DNA from: Lingula anatina
Lineage: Eukaryota > Animalia > Brachiopoda
NCBI GenBank assembly: GCA_051362555.1
Contig: CM120641.1
Coordinates: 30,944,401 to 31,008,400, forward strand
Direction: 5' to 3'
Length of the DNA stretch: 64,000 bases
Part shown: in pieces, positions 52,261-64,000 of the stretch
Numbering within the stretch: position 1 is the stretch's first letter
Layout of the letters: each line of letters begins with the position of its first letter
Notes under the pieces: model-generated
Seen by the model: the letters and a program-made list of their open reading frames with translations, nothing else
Told to the model about the DNA's origin: nothing
Databases searched by the model: none
Program-made: the position numbers and the translations under genes

Positions 52261-55200
52261 TGGTAAGGGCTAACAAGACACGAAAAGAAGGGCTTTCCAG
52301 AGCAAAAAAGAAAGGGAAAGAAGGGCTTTCCAGAGCAAAAAAGAAAGTGGAAGGGCTTACAAGACACAAAATGAAGGGCTTTACAGAGCAAAAAAGAAAG
52401 GAGAAGAAGGGCTTTCCGGACACGAAAAGAAAGAAGAAGAAGGGCTTTCCGGACACGAAAAGAAAATAGAAGAAGGGCTTACTAGACACGAAATGAAGAG
52501 CTTTCCAGAGCAAAAAAGAAAGGAGAAGAAGGGCTTTCCGGACACGAAAAGAAAGGAGAAGAAGGGCTTTTCGGACACGAATAGAAAGTAGAAGAAGGGC
52601 TTATTAAACACGAAATGAAGAGCTTTCCAGAGCAAAAAAGAAAGGAGAAGAAGGGCTTTCCGGACACGAAAAGAAAGAAGAAGAAGGGCTTTCCGGACAC
52701 GAAAAGAAAATAGAAGAAGGGCTTACTAGACACGAAATGAAGAGCTTTCCAGAGCAAAAAAGAAAGGAGAAGAAGGGCTTTCCGGACACGAAAAGAAAGG
52801 AGAAGAAGGGCTTTTCGGACACGAATAGAAAGTAGAAGAAGGGCTTATTAAACACGAAATGAAGAGCTTTCCAGAGCAAAAAAGAAAGGAGAAGAAGGGC
52901 TTTTCGGACACGAATAGAAAGTAGAATAAGGGCTTATTAAACACGAAATGAAGAGCTTTCCAGAGCAAAAAAGAAAGGAGAAGAAGGGCTTTCCGGACAC
53001 GAATAGAAAGTAGAAGAAGGGCTTATTAAACACAAAATGAAGAGCTTTCCAGAGCAAAAAAGAAAGGAGAAGAAGGGCTTTCCGGACACGAATAGAAAGT
53101 AGAAGAAGGGCTTTTCGGACACGAATAGAAAGTAGAAGAAGGGCTTACAAGACACGAAATGAAGAGCTTTCCAGAGCAAAAAAGAAAGGAGAAGAAGGAC
53201 TTCCGGACACGAAAAGAAAGGAAAAGAAGGGCTTTCCGGACACGAAATGAAGAGCTTTCCAGAGCAAAAAAGAAAGGAGAAGAAGGGCTTTCCGGACACG
53301 AATAGAAAGTAGAAGAAGGGCTTATTAAACACAAAATGAAGAGCTTTCCAGAGCAAAAAAGAAAGGAGAAGAAGGGCTTTCCGGACACGAATAGAAAGTA
53401 GAAGAAGGGCTTATTAAACACAAAATGAAGAGCTTTCCAGAGCAAAAAAGAAAGGAGAAGAAGGGCTTTCCAGACACGAAAAGAAAGAAGAAGAAGGGCT
53501 TTCCGGACACGAAAAGAAAATAGAAGAAGGGCTTACAAGACACGAAATGAAGAGCTTTCCAGAGCAAAAAAGAAAGGAGAAGAAGGGCTTTCCGGACACG
53601 AATACAAAGTAGAAGAAGGGATTACAAGACACGAAATGAAGAGCTTTCCAGAGCAAAAAAGAAAGGAGAAGAAGGGCTTTCCGGTCACGAAATGAAGAGC
53701 TTTCCAGAGCAAAAAAGAAAGGAGAAGAAGGGCTTTTCGGACACGAATAGAAAGTAGAAGAAGGGCTTATTAAACACGAAATGAAGAGCTTTCCAGAGCA
53801 AAAAAGAAAGGAGAAGAAGGGCTTTCCGGACACGAATACAAAGTAGAAGAAGGGATTACAAGACACGAAATGAAGAGCTTTCCAGAGCAAAAAAGAAAGG
53901 AGAAGAAGGGCTTTCCGGACACGAACACAAAGGAGAAGAAGAGCTTTCCAGAGCAAAAAAGAAAGGAGAAAGAAGGGCTTTCCGGACACGAATAGAAAGT
54001 AGAAGAAGGGCTTACAAGACACGAAATGAAGAGCTTTCCAGAGCAAAAAAGAAAGGAGAAAGAAGGGCTTTCCGGACACGAAAAGAAAGGAGAAGAAGGG
54101 CTTTCCAGAGCAAAAAAGAAAGGAGAAGAAGTGCCTACAAGACACGAACTAAAGGGCTTTCCAGAGCAAAAAAGAAAGGAGAAGAAGGGATTACAAGACA
54201 CGAAATGAAGAGCTTTCCAGAGCAAAAAAGAAAGGAGAAGAAGGGCTTTTCGGACACGAATAGAAAGTAGAAGAAGGGCTTATTAAACACGAAATGAAGA
54301 GCTTTCCAGAGCAAAAAAGAAAGGAGAAGAAGGGCTTTCCGGACACGAATACAAAGTAGAAGAAGGGCTTTTCGGACACGAATAGAAAGTAGAAGAAGGG
54401 CTTATTAAACACGAAATGAAGAGCTTTCCAGAGCAAAAAAGAAAGGAGAAGAAGGGCTTTCCGGACACGAATACAAAGTAGAAGAAGGGCTTACAAGACA
54501 CGAAATGAAGAGCTTTCCAGAGCAAAAAAGAAAGGAGAAGAAGGGCTTTCCGGACACGAATACAAAGGAGAAGAAGGGCTTTCCGGACACGAATACAAAG
54601 GAGAAGAAGGGCTTTCCGGACACGAATAGAAAGTAGAAGAAGGGCTTACAAGACACGAAATGAAGAGCTTTCCAGAGCAAAAAAGAAAGGAGAAGAAGGG
54701 CTTTCCGGACACGAATACAAAGGAGAAGAAGGGCTTTCCGGACACGAATACAAAGGAGAAGAAGGGCTTTCCGGACACGAATAGAAAGTAGAAGAAGGGC
54801 TTACAAGACACGAAATGAAGAGCTTTCCAGAGCAAAAAAGAAAGGAGAAAGAAGGGCTTTCCGGACACGAATAGAAAGTAGAAGAAAGGCTTACAAGACA
54901 CGAAATGAAGAGCTTTCCAGAGCAAAAAAGAAAGGAGAAAGAAGGGCTTTCCGGACACGAAAAGAAAGGAGAAGAAGGGCTTTCCAGAGCAAAAAAGAAA
55001 GGAGAAGAAGAGTTTTCCAGAGCAAAAAAGAAAGTTGAAGAAGGGCTTTTCAGAGCAAAAAAGAAAGGAGAAGAAGAGTTTTCCAGAGCAAAAAAGAAAT
55101 GTGAAGAAGGGCTTTCCAGAGCAAAAAAGGAAGGAGAAGAAGGGCTTTCCGGACACGAAAACAAAGTAGAAGAAGGGATTACAAGACACGAAATGAAGAG

Positions 55201-55800
55201 CTTTCCAGAGCAAAAAAGAAAGGAGAAGAAGGGCTTTCCGGACACGAAATGAAGAGCTTTCCAGAGCAAAAAAGAAAGGAGAAGAAGGGCTTTTCGGACA
55301 CGAATAGAAAGTAGAAGAAGGGCTTATTAAACACGAAATGAAGAGCTTTCCAGAGCAAAAAAGAAAGGAGAAGAAGGGCTTTCCGGACACGAATACAAAG
55401 TAGAAGAAGGGCTTACAAGACACGAAATGAAGAGCTTTCCAGAGCAAAAAAGAAAGGAGAAGAAGGGCTTTCCGGACACGAATACAAAGGAGAAGAAGGG
55501 CTTTCCGGACACGAATAGAAAGTAGAAGAAGGGCTTACAAGACACGAAATGAAGAGCTTTCCAGAGCAAAAAAGAAAGGAGAAAGAAGGGCTTTCCGGAC
55601 ACGAAAAGAAAGGAGAAGAAGGGCTTTCCAGAGCAAAAAAGAAAGGAGAAGAAGAGTTTTCCAGAGCAAAAAAGAAAGGAGAAGAAGAGTTTTCCAGAGC
55701 AAAAAAGAAAGTTGAAGAAGGGCTTTCCAGAGCAAAAAAGGAAGGAGAAGAAGGGCTTTCCGGACACGAAAACAAAGTAGAAGAAGGGCTTACAAGACAC
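52261..55800 (+). repeat. Purine-rich satellite, 33-bp and 23-bp monomers (89/122-bp higher-order units)
   Basis: gaagggctttccagagcaaaaaagaaaggagaa and gaagggcttacaagacacgaaat. Confidence 0.95.
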
Positions 55801-58800
55801 TTGGAAAACTCTTCTTCTCCTTTCTTTTTTGCTCTGGAAAACTCTTCTTCTCCTTTCTTTTTTGCTCTGGAAAGCCCTTCTTCAACTTTCCTTTTTGCTC
55901 TGGAAAGCCCTTCAGTTGGTGTCTTGTAGGCCCTTCTTCTCCTTTCTTTTTTGCTCTGGAAAGCCCTTCATGTCGTGTCTTGTAAGCCCTTCTACTCCTT
56001 TCTTTTTTGCTCTGGAAAGCCCTTCTTCAACTTTCTTTTTTGCTCTGGAAAACTCTTCTTCTCCTTTCTTTTTTGCTCTGGAAAGCCCTTCTTCAACTTT
56101 CTTTTTTGTCTGGAAAGCCTTTCTTCTCCTTTCTTTTTTGCTCTGGAAAACTCTTCTTCTCCTTTCTTTTTTGCTCTGGAAAGCCCTTCTTCAACTTTCC
56201 TTTTTGCTCTGGAAAGCCCTTCAGTTCGTGTCATGTAGGCCCTTCTTCTTTCTTTTTTGCTCTGGAAAGCCCTTCAGTTCGTATCTTGTAAGCCCTTCTA
56301 CTCCTTTCTTTTTTGCTCTGGAAAGCCCTTCTTCAACTTTCTTTTTTGCTCTGGAAAGCCCTTCATGTCGTGTCTTGTAAGCCCTTCTTCTCCTTTCTTT
56401 TTTGCTCTGGAAAGCCCTTCTTCAACTTTCTTTTTTGTCTGGAAAACACTTCTTCTCCTTTCTTTTTTGCTCTGGAAAGCCCTTCTTCAACTTTCTTTTA
56501 TGCTCTGGAAAACTCTTCTTCTCCTTTCTTTTTTGCTCTGGAAAGCCCTTCTTCAACTTTCTTTTATGCTCTGGAAAACCCTTCTTCTCCTTTCTTTTTT
56601 GCTCTGGAAAGCCCTTCTTCAACTTTCTTTTTTGCTCTGGAAAGCCCTTCTTCTCCTTTCTTTTTTGCTCTGGAAAGCCCTTCTTCAACTTTCTTTTTTG
56701 CTCTGGAAAACACTTCTTCTCCTTTCTTTTTTGCTCTGGAAAGCCCTTCAGTTCGTGTCTTGTAGGCTCTTCTTCTCCTTTCTTTTTTGCTCTGGAAAGC
56801 TCTTCTTCTCCTTTCTTTTTTGCTCTGGAAAGCCCTTCTTCAACTTTCTTTTTTGCTATTTAAAGCCCTTCAGTTCGTGTCTTGTAAGCCCTTCTTCAAC
56901 TTTCTTTTTTGCTCTGGAAAACACTTCTTCTCCTTTCTTTTTTGCTCTGGAAAGCCCTTCTTCAACTTTCTTTTTTGCTCTGGAAAACACTTCTTCTTTC
57001 TTTTTTGCTCTGGAAAGCCCTTCTTCAACTTTCTTTTTTGTCTGGAAAGCCTTTCTTCTCCTTTCTTTTTTTGCTCTGGAAAGCCCTTCAGTTCGTGTCT
57101 TGTAGGCTCTTCTTCTCCTTTCTTTTTTGCTCTGGAAAGCCCTTCTTCAACTTTCCTTTTTGCTATTTAAAGCCCTTCATGTCGTGTCTTGTAAGCCCTT
57201 CTTCTCCTTTCTTTTTTGCTCTGGAAAACTCTTCTTCTCCTTTCTTTTTTGCTCTGGAAAGCCCTTCTTCAACTTTCTTTTTTGTCTGGAAAACACTTCT
57301 TCTCCTTTCTTTTTTGCTCTGGAAAGCCCTTCTTCAACTTTCTTTTTTGTCTGGAAAACACTTCTCCTCCTTTCTTTTTTGCTCTGGAAAGCCCTTCTTC
57401 TCCTTTCTTTTTTGCTCTGGAAAGCCCTTCTTCTCCTTTCTTTTTTGCTCTGGAAAGCCCTTCTTCTCCTTTCTTTTTTGCTATTTAAAGCCCTTCAGTT
57501 CGTGTCTTGTACGCTCTTCTTCTCCTTTCTTTTTTGCTCTGGAAAGCCCTTCTTCTCCTTTCTTTTTTGCTCTGGAAAGCCCTTCTTCTCCTTTCATTTT
57601 CGCTCTGGAAAGCCCTTCTTCTCCTTTCTTTTTTGCTCTGGAAAGCCCTTCATTTCGTGTCCGGAAAGCCCTTCTCCTCCTTTCATTTTTGCTCTGGAAA
57701 GCCCTTCTTCTCCTTTCTTTTTTGCTCTGGAAAGCCTTTCATTTCGTGTCTTGTAAGCCCTTCTCCTCCTTTCATTTTCGCTCTGGAAAGCCCTTCCCCT
57801 TTCTTTTTTGCTATTTAAAGCCCTTCATGTCGTGTCTTCTAAGCCCTTCTTCTCCTTTCTTTTTTGCTCTGGAAAGCCCTTCAGTTCGTGTCTTGTAGGC
57901 CCTTCTTCTCCTTTCTTTTTTGCTCTGGAAAGCCCTTCTTCTCCTTTCATTTTCGCTCTGGAAAGCCCTTCTTCAACTTTCTTTTTTGCTCTGGAAAGCC
58001 CTTCATGTCGTGTCTTGTAAGCCCTTCTTCTCCTTTCTTTTTTGCTCTGGAAAACTCTTCTTCTCCTTTCTTTTTTGCTCTGGAAAGCCCTTCTTCAACT
58101 TTCTTTTTTGCTCTGGAAAGCCCTTCAGTTCGTCTCTTGTAGGCTCTTCTTCTCCTTTCTTTTTTGCTCAGGAAAGCCCTTCAGTTCGTCTCTTGTAGGC
58201 TCTTCTTCTCCTTTCTTTTTTGCTCAGGAAAGCCCTTCTTCAACTTTCTTTTTTGCTCTGGAAAGCCCTTCTTCAACTTTCTTTTTTGCTATTTAAAGCC
58301 CTTCATGTCGTGTCTTGTAAGCCCTTCTTCTCCTTTCTTTTTTGCTCTGGAAAACACTTCTTCTCCTTTCTTTTTTGCTCTGGAAAGCCCTTCTTCAACT
58401 TTCTTTTTTGTCTGGAAAACACTTCTTCTCCTTTCTTTTTTGCTCTGGAAAGCCCTTCTTCAACTTTCTTTTATGCTCTGGAAAACTCTTCTTCTCCTTT
58501 CTTTTTTGCTCTGGAAAGCCCTTCTTCAACTTTCTTTTTTGCTCTGGAAAACACTTCTTCTCCTTTCTTTTTTGCTCTGGAAAGCCCTTCTTTAACTTTC
58601 TTTTTTGTCTGGAAAGCCTTTCTTCTCCTTTCTTTTTTTGCTCTGGAAAGCCCTTCAGTTCGTGTCTTGTAGGCTCTTCTTCTCCTTTCTTTTTTGCTCT
58701 GGAAAGCTCTTCTTCTCCTTTCTTTTTTGCTCTGGAAAGCCCTTCTTCAACTTTCTTTTTTGTCTGGAAAGCCCTTCTTCCCCTTTCTTTTTTGCTATTT

Positions 58801-61050
58801 AAAGCCCTTCATGTCGTGTCTTGTAAGCTCTTCTTCAACTTTCTTTTTTGCTCTGGAAAACACTTCTTCTCCTTTCTTTTTTGCTCTGGAAAGCCCTTCT
58901 TCAACTTTCTTTTTTGCTCTGGAAAACACTTCTTCTCCTTTCTTTTTTGCTCTGGAAAGCCCTTCTTCAACTTTCTTTTTTGTCTGGAAAGCCTTTCTTC
59001 TCCTTTCTTTTTTTGCTCTGGAAAGCCCTTCAGTTCGTGTCTTGTAGGCTCTTCTTCTCCTTTCTTTTTTGCTCTGGAAAGCCCTTCTTCAACTTTCTTT
59101 TTTGCTATTTAAAGCCCTTCATGTCGTGTCTTGTAAGCCCTTCTTCTCCTTTCTTTTTTGCTCTGGAAAACTCTTCTTCTCCTTTCTTTTTTGCTCTGGA
59201 AAGCCCTTCTTCAACTTTCTTTTTTGTCTGGAAAACACTTCTTCTCCTTTCTTTTTTGCTCTGGAAAGCCCTTCTTCAACTTTCTTTTTTGTCTGGAAAA
59301 CACTTCTCCTCCTTTCTTTTTTGCTCTGGAAAGCCCTTCTTCTCCTTTCTTTTTTGCTCTGGAAAGCCCTTCTTCTCCTTTCTTTTTTGCTCTGGAAAGC
59401 CCTTCTTCTCCTTTCATTTTCGCTCTGGAAAGCCCTTCTTTTCCTTTCTTTTTTGCTATTTAAAGCCCTTCATGTCGTGTCTTGTAAGCCCTTCTTCTCC
59501 TTTCTTTTTTGCTCTGGAAAGCCCTTCTTCAACTTTCTTTTTTGCTCTGGAAAGCCCTTCTTCTCCTTTCATTTTCGCTCTGGAAAGACCTTCTTCTCCT
59601 GTCATTTTCGCTCCGGAAAGCCCTTCTTCTCCTTTCTTTAATGCTCTGGAAAGCCCTTCATTTCGTGTCTTGTAAGCCCTTCTCCTCCTTTCATTTTTTG
59701 CTCTGGAAAGCCCTTCTTCTCCTTTCTTTTTTGCTAATTAAAGCCCTTCATCTCCTGTCTTGTAAGCCCTTCTTATCCTTTCATTTTTGCTCTGGAAAGC
59801 CCTTCATGTCGTGTCTTGTAAGCCCTTCTTCTCCTTTCTTTTTTGCTCTGGAAAGCCCTTCTTCAACTTTCTTTTTTGCTCTGGAAAGCCCTTCTTCTCC
59901 TGTCATTTTCTCTCCGGAAAGCCCTTCTTCTCCTTTCTTTAATGCTCTGGAAAGCCCTTCTTTTCGTGTCTTGTAAGCCCTTCTCCTCCTTTCATTTTCG
60001 CTCTGGAAAGCCCTTCTTCTCCTTTCTTTTTTGCTAATTAAAGCCCTTCATCTCCTGTCTTGTAAGCCCTTCTTCTCCTTTCTTTCATGCTCTGGAAAGC
60101 CCTTCTTCTCCTTTCATTTTCGCTCTGGAAAGCCCTTCTTCTCCTTTCTTTTTTGCTCTGGAAAGCCCTTCATTTCGTGTCCGGAAAGCCCTTCTCCTCC
60201 TTTCATTTTTGCTCTGGAAAGCCCTTCTCCTCCTTTCATTTTCGCTCTGGAAAGCCCTTCCCCTTTCTTTTTTGCTATTTAAAGCCCTTCATGTCGTGTC
60301 TTCTAAGCCCTTCTTCTCCTTTCTTTTTTGCTCTGGAAAGCCCTTCAGTTCGTGTCTTGTAGGCCCTTCTTCTCCTTTCTTTTTTGCTCTGGAAAGCCCT
60401 TCTTCTCCTTTCATTTTCGCTCTGGAAAGCCCTTCTTCTCCTTTCTTTTTTGCTCTGGAAAGCCCTTCATGTCGTGTCTTGTAAGCCCTTCTTCTCCTTT
60501 CTTTTTTGCTCTGGAAAGCCTTTCTTCTCCTTTCATTTTCGCTCTGGAAAGCCCTTCTTCTCCTTTCTTTTTTGCTATTTAAAGCCCTTCATGTCGTGTC
60601 TTGTAAGCCCTTCTTCTCCTTTCCTTTCGTGTCCGGAAAGCACTTCTTCTCCTTTCTTTAATGCTCTGGAAAGCCCTTTATTTCGTGTCTTGTAAGCCCT
60701 TCTCCTCCTTTCATTTTCGCTCTGGAAAGCCCTTCTTCTCCTTTCTTTTTTGCTCTGGAAAGCCCTTCAGTTCGTGTCTTGTAAGCCCTTCTAATCCTTT
60801 CATTTTCGCTCTGGAAAGCCCTTCTTCTCCTTTCTTTTTTGCTATTTGAAGACCTTCATGTCGTATCTTGTAAGCCCTTTTTCTCCTTTCTTTTCGTGTC
60901 CGGAAAGCCCTTCTTCTCCTTTCTTTTTTGCTCTGGAAAGACCTTCATTTGGTGTCTTGTAAGCCCTTCTATTCCTTTCATTATTGCTCTGGAAAACCCT
61001 TTTTCTCCTTTCTTTTTTGCTCTGGAAAAGCCCTTCATTTCGTGTCTTGT
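55801..61050 (-). repeat. Same 33/23-bp satellite in inverted orientation
   Basis: ttctcctttcttttttgctctggaaagcccttc is the reverse complement of the left-arm monomer. Confidence 0.95.
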
Positions 61051-64000
61051 AGCCCCTGTAGAGGCTGGCAGGTGTTTGCCCTGGCTGGGTAGCTCAGTTG
61101 GTAGAGCAGTTGGACATTGTGCAAGATTCCTGGGTTCGAATTCCAGCGGCAACCTGCTGTTTTTCTCCCAGCCAGATTGGTCCAGCTCAACTACCACAAT
61201 CGGAAAGTCGATGCTGTCGAAATCGGCTCTAGTATTTCAAACATTCTGGAATTGGTCCGAACTAGTACAATCTGTGTGTCGCAATTGGTCCAGCTCAACT
61301 ACCACAATCGGAATGTCGATGCTGTCGAAATCGGCTCTAGTACTTTAAACATACTGGAATTGGTCCGAACTAGTACAATCGGTGTGTTGCGATTGGTCTA
61401 GCTCAACTACCACAATAAAAAAGTCGAAGATGTTAAAATTGGCTCTAGCCCCTGTTGAGGCTGGCAGGTGTTGGCCCTGGTTGGGTAGCTCAGTTGGTAG
61501 AGCAGTTGGACAGTGTGCAAGAGTCCCGGGTTCGAATCCCAGCGGGAACCTGCTGTTTTTCTCCCAGCCTAGCGATTGGTCCAGCTCAACTACCACAATC
61601 GGAAAGTTGATGCTGTCGAAATCGGCTCTAGTACTTCAAACATTCTGGAATTGGTCCGAACTAGTACAATTGGTGTGTCGCGATTGGTCTAACTCAACTA
61701 CCACAATCGGAAAGTCGATGCTGTCAAAATCGGCTTTACTGCCTTGGAATGTACTTTCAACATTCTGGAATTGCTCCGAACTAGTACAATCGGTGTGTCG
61801 TGATTGGTCCAGCTCAACTACCACAATCGATGCTGTCGAAATCGGCTCTAGTACATTCAACATACTTGGAATTGGTCCGAACTAGTACAATCGGTGTGTC
61901 GCGATTGGTCTAGCTCAACTACCACAATCAAAAAGGCGAAGATGTTAAAATTGGCTCTAGCCCCTGTAGAGGCTGGCAGGTGTTGGCCCTGGCTGGGTAG
62001 CTCAGTTGGTAGAGCAGTTGGACAGTGTGCAAGAGTCCTGGGTTCGAATTCCAGCGGCAACCTGCTGTTTTTCTCCAAGCCTGATTGGTCCAGCTCAACT
62101 ACCACAATCGGAAAGTCGATGCTGTCGAAATCGGCTCTAGTACTTCAAACATACTGGAATTGGTCCGAACTAGTACAATCGGTGTGTCGCGATTGGTCCA
62201 GCTCAACTACCACAATCGGAAAGTCGATGCTGTCGAAATCGGCTCTAGTACTTCAAACATACTGGAATTGGTCCGAACTAGTACAATCGGTGTGTCCGAT
62301 TGGTCCAGCTCAACTACCACAATCGGAAAGTCGATGCTGTCGAAATCGGCTCTAGTACTTCAAACATACTGGAATTGGTCCGAACTAGTACAATCGGTGT
62401 GTCGCGATTGGTCCAGCTCAACTACCACAATCGAAAAGTCGATGCTGTCGAAATCGGCTCTAGTACTTTAAACATACTGGAATTGGTCCGAACTAGTACA
62501 ATCGGTGTGTCGCGATTGGTCTAGCTCAACTACCACAATCAAAAAGTTGAAGATGTTAAAATTGGCTCTAGCCCCTGTAGAGGCTGGCAGGTGTTGGCCC
62601 TGGCTGGGTAGCTCAGTTGGTAGAGCAGTTGGACAAGTGTGCAAGAGTCCTGGGTTCGAATTCCAGCGGCAACCTGCTGTTTTTCTCCCAGCCAGATTGG
62701 TCCAGCTCAACTACCACAATCGGAACGTCGATGCTGTCGAAATCGGCTCTAGTACTTCAAACATACTGGAATTGGTCCGAACTAGTACAATCGGTGTGTC
62801 GCAATTGGTCCAGCTCAACTACCACAATCGGAATGTCGATGCTGTCGAAATCGGCTCTAGTACTTTAAACATACTGGAATTGGTCCGAACTAGTACAATC
62901 GGTGTGTCGCGATTGGTCTAGCTCAACTACCACAATCAAAAAGTCGAAGATGTTAAAATTGGCTCTAGCCCCTGTAGAGGCTGGCAGGTGTTGGCCCTGG
63001 CTGGGTAGCTCAGTTGGTAGAGCAGTTGGACAGTGTGCAAGAGTCCTGGGTTCGAATTCCAGCGGCAACCTGCTGTTTTTCTCCCAGCCAGATTGGTCCA
63101 GCTCAACTACCACAATCGGAAAGTCGATGCTGTCGAAATCGGCTCTAGTACTTTAAACATACTGGAATTGGTCCGAACTAGTACAATCGGTGTGTCGCGA
63201 TTGGTCTAGCTCAACTACCACAATCAAAAAGCCGAAGATGTTAAAATTGGCTCTAGCCCCTGTAGAGGCTGGCAGGTGTTGGCCCTGGCTGGGTAGCTCA
63301 GTTGGTAGAGCAGTTGGACAAGAGTGTGCAAGAGTCCTGGGTTCGAATTCCAGCGGCAACCTGCTGTTTTTCTCCCAGCCAGATTGGTCCAGCTCAACTA
63401 CCACAATCGGAAAGTCGATGCTGTCGAAATCGGCTCTAGTACTTCAAACATACTGGAATTGGTCCGAACTAGTACAATCGGTGTGTCGCGATTGGTCCAG
63501 CTCAACTACCACAAACGGAATGTCGATGCTGTCGAAATCGGCTCTAGTACTTCAAACATTCTGGAATTGGTCCAAACTAGTACAATCGGTGTGTCGCAAT
63601 TGGTCTAACTCAACTACCACAATTGGAAAGTCGAAGATGTCAAATCGGCTTTACTGCCTTGGAAAGTACTTTCAACATCCTGGAATTGGTTCGAACTAGT
63701 ACAATTGGTGTGTCGCGATTGGTCTAACTCAACTACCACAATTGGAAAGTCGATGCTGTCAAAATCGGCTTTACTGCCTTGAAAAGTACTTTCAACATCC
63801 TGGAATTGCTCCGAACTAGTACAATCGGTGTGTCGCGATTGGTCCAGCTCAACTACCACAATCGATGCTGTCGAAATTGGCTCTAGTACATTAAACATAC
63901 TTGGAATTGGTCCTAACTAGTACAAGCTGGCAGGTGTTGGCCCTGGCTGGGTAGCTCAGTTGGTAGAGCTGTTGGACAGTATGTAAGAGTCCTGGGTTCG
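61051..64000 (+). repeat. Tandem array of tRNA-derived units (7 heads visible), inverted relative to 48725-52260; runs off the window
   Basis: GGCTGGGTAGCTCAGTTGGTAGAGC...GGGTTCGAATTCC at ~61083, 61479, 61991, 62602, 62999, 63287 and 63945, with a variable number of 108-bp spacers. Confidence 0.9.

Noticed and set aside
55700-55900. Fold-back read chimera as the cause of the palindrome
   Set aside because: The arms differ systematically in variants and length, unlike an exact mirror artefact. A contig misjoin is still possible.
49020-63355. Functional tRNA gene cluster
   Set aside because: D-arm and T-loop motifs are present, but the acceptor and anticodon stems do not pair and no anticodon can be assigned.
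48931-63898. Repeated 85-aa 'MCRDWSSSTTT' ORFs and long 'LWKALL/FFFALESP/KKGFPEQKRKE' ORFs
   Set aside because: By-products of tandem repeats with periods divisible by 3. The 23-bp variants and indels shift frame freely.

Overview
Eukaryotic, repeat-dense heterochromatin-like DNA, probably from an invertebrate; the repeat repertoire resembles lophotrochozoans or molluscs (inference). No intact host gene was recognised. From left to right: (1) the end of an EnSpm/CMC-like transposon; (2) ~14 kb of strand-asymmetric satellite built from a 49-bp (21+28) module, hit by LINE fragments, MITEs and a rearranged chromodomain- and env-bearing Gypsy element that carries nested insertions; (3) Kolobok-like, Helentron-like and CR1/L2 pieces; (4) a second, related complex repeat that hosts a structurally complete 11.4-kb PIF/Harbinger transposon (TAA TSD, ~190-bp TIRs, convergent spliced transposase and Myb/SANT genes, both with lesions) and several MITEs; (5) a >15-kb imperfect head-to-head palindrome centred at 55800/55801, each arm made of a 33/23-bp purine-rich satellite plus a tandem array of tRNA-derived units that keep Pol III A and B boxes. 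Most listed ORFs are satellite artefacts. All family assignments come from reading motifs by eye, not from database searches.
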